This document shows positions 5,753 to 6,240 of a DNA stretch of 6,240 nt, piece by piece. Below the pieces are notes generated by a model. The model was not told the DNA's origin. It did no database searches and worked only from the letters and a program-made list of their open reading frames with translations. The stretch comes from Octopus sinensis. Taxonomy: Eukaryota. The stretch's first letter is position 1; every line of letters starts with the position of its first letter. The stretch covers positions 1 to 6,240 of the forward strand of contig NW_021829412.1 in the NCBI RefSeq assembly GCF_006345805.1, written 5' to 3'. The translations under genes were made by a program, and so were the position numbers.

Positions 5753-5888
5753 ATTTTCGGGAACGCTGCCGTTGTTTCTTTTAGAGAGACTTAGTAATTT
5801 TAATATTTCTATTATTGAAAACAAGTGGATGTATTCCACCGAAGCTAGGTAAATAGAACCTTTGAACAGAGATTGTCGGAAGCGACAC
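5409..5888 (+). repeat. Perfect 119-bp direct repeat: 5409-5527 and 5770-5888
   Basis: CGTTGTTTCTTTTAGAGAGACTTAG...GATTGTCGGAAGCGACAC is identical in both copies at an offset of 361 bp. Confidence 0.97.
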
Positions 5889-6111
5889 TACTGATTTTTC
5901 CTTGGATTACGTCGGATTATTTTACGCTGTAGCTGTTATGTTAGTTCGTTCTGTTCTGGATTGACACGTACAATTTTTGGAGTATATTAACTTGTGAAAC
6001 AAAGTAATTTTCGCCCTTCGGGGTAGAAAATTTCTTTTTATATATGAACTTTAATTCAGTGGGGATTTAATTTTTATCTTGTCTCTTGTGACAAGTCACT
6101 TGCATTTTATT

Positions 6112-6240
6112 ATGGATCTTGACTTAACGTCAAATTTTGATTTTCCCGAGATGGGAGAAGTTATAAAGCAAAAGGATACAAAGAGAGAAACAAAGTTTTT
6201 CGGAAGCCGTTGGAGGCAATGTTATAGAACTGGAAGTAAC
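6112..6240 (+). CDS. Possible N-terminus or first exon of an unknown protein; open to the window end
   Basis: ATG at 6112 with 43 sense codons: MDLDLTSNFDFPEMGEVIKQKDTKRETKFFGSRWRQCYRTGSN. No family recognised, and an ORF this short can arise by chance. Confidence 0.2.
   Translation, partial: MDLDLTSNFDFPEMGEVIKQKDTKRETKFFGSRWRQCYRTGSN

Overview
AT-rich, repeat-saturated eukaryotic DNA. The compound TA/TG/GATA/CATA microsatellites and a SINE family I recall from Octopus genomes suggest a coleoid cephalopod; this is recognition from memory, not a database result. No intact host gene is supported. In order: (1) the 3' tail of a SINE (1-104); (2) a 27-bp minisatellite (205-606) with 5-unit higher-order structure; (3) a decayed, 3'-truncated Chapaev3-like (CMC) DNA transposon (607-2187) with five frameshifts and a nonsense codon; (4) a Penelope-like retroelement (PLE) zone (about 2490-4110) containing a ~100-bp inverted repeat whose arms carry degenerate hammerhead-ribozyme-like motifs, a third well-formed minimal hammerhead motif, and a GIY-YIG endonuclease C-terminal remnant on the minus strand; (5) compound microsatellites and two convergent SINE fragments; (6) a very young inverted-plus-direct duplication (5287-5888); (7) a 43-codon ORF running off the window edge. 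Most ORFs in the supplied track are repeat or antisense artefacts. The best leads are the hammerhead cluster, a possible coding signature in an ATG-less frame of the minisatellite (ADNPYQTFS repeats), and the geometry of the 5287-5888 duplication.
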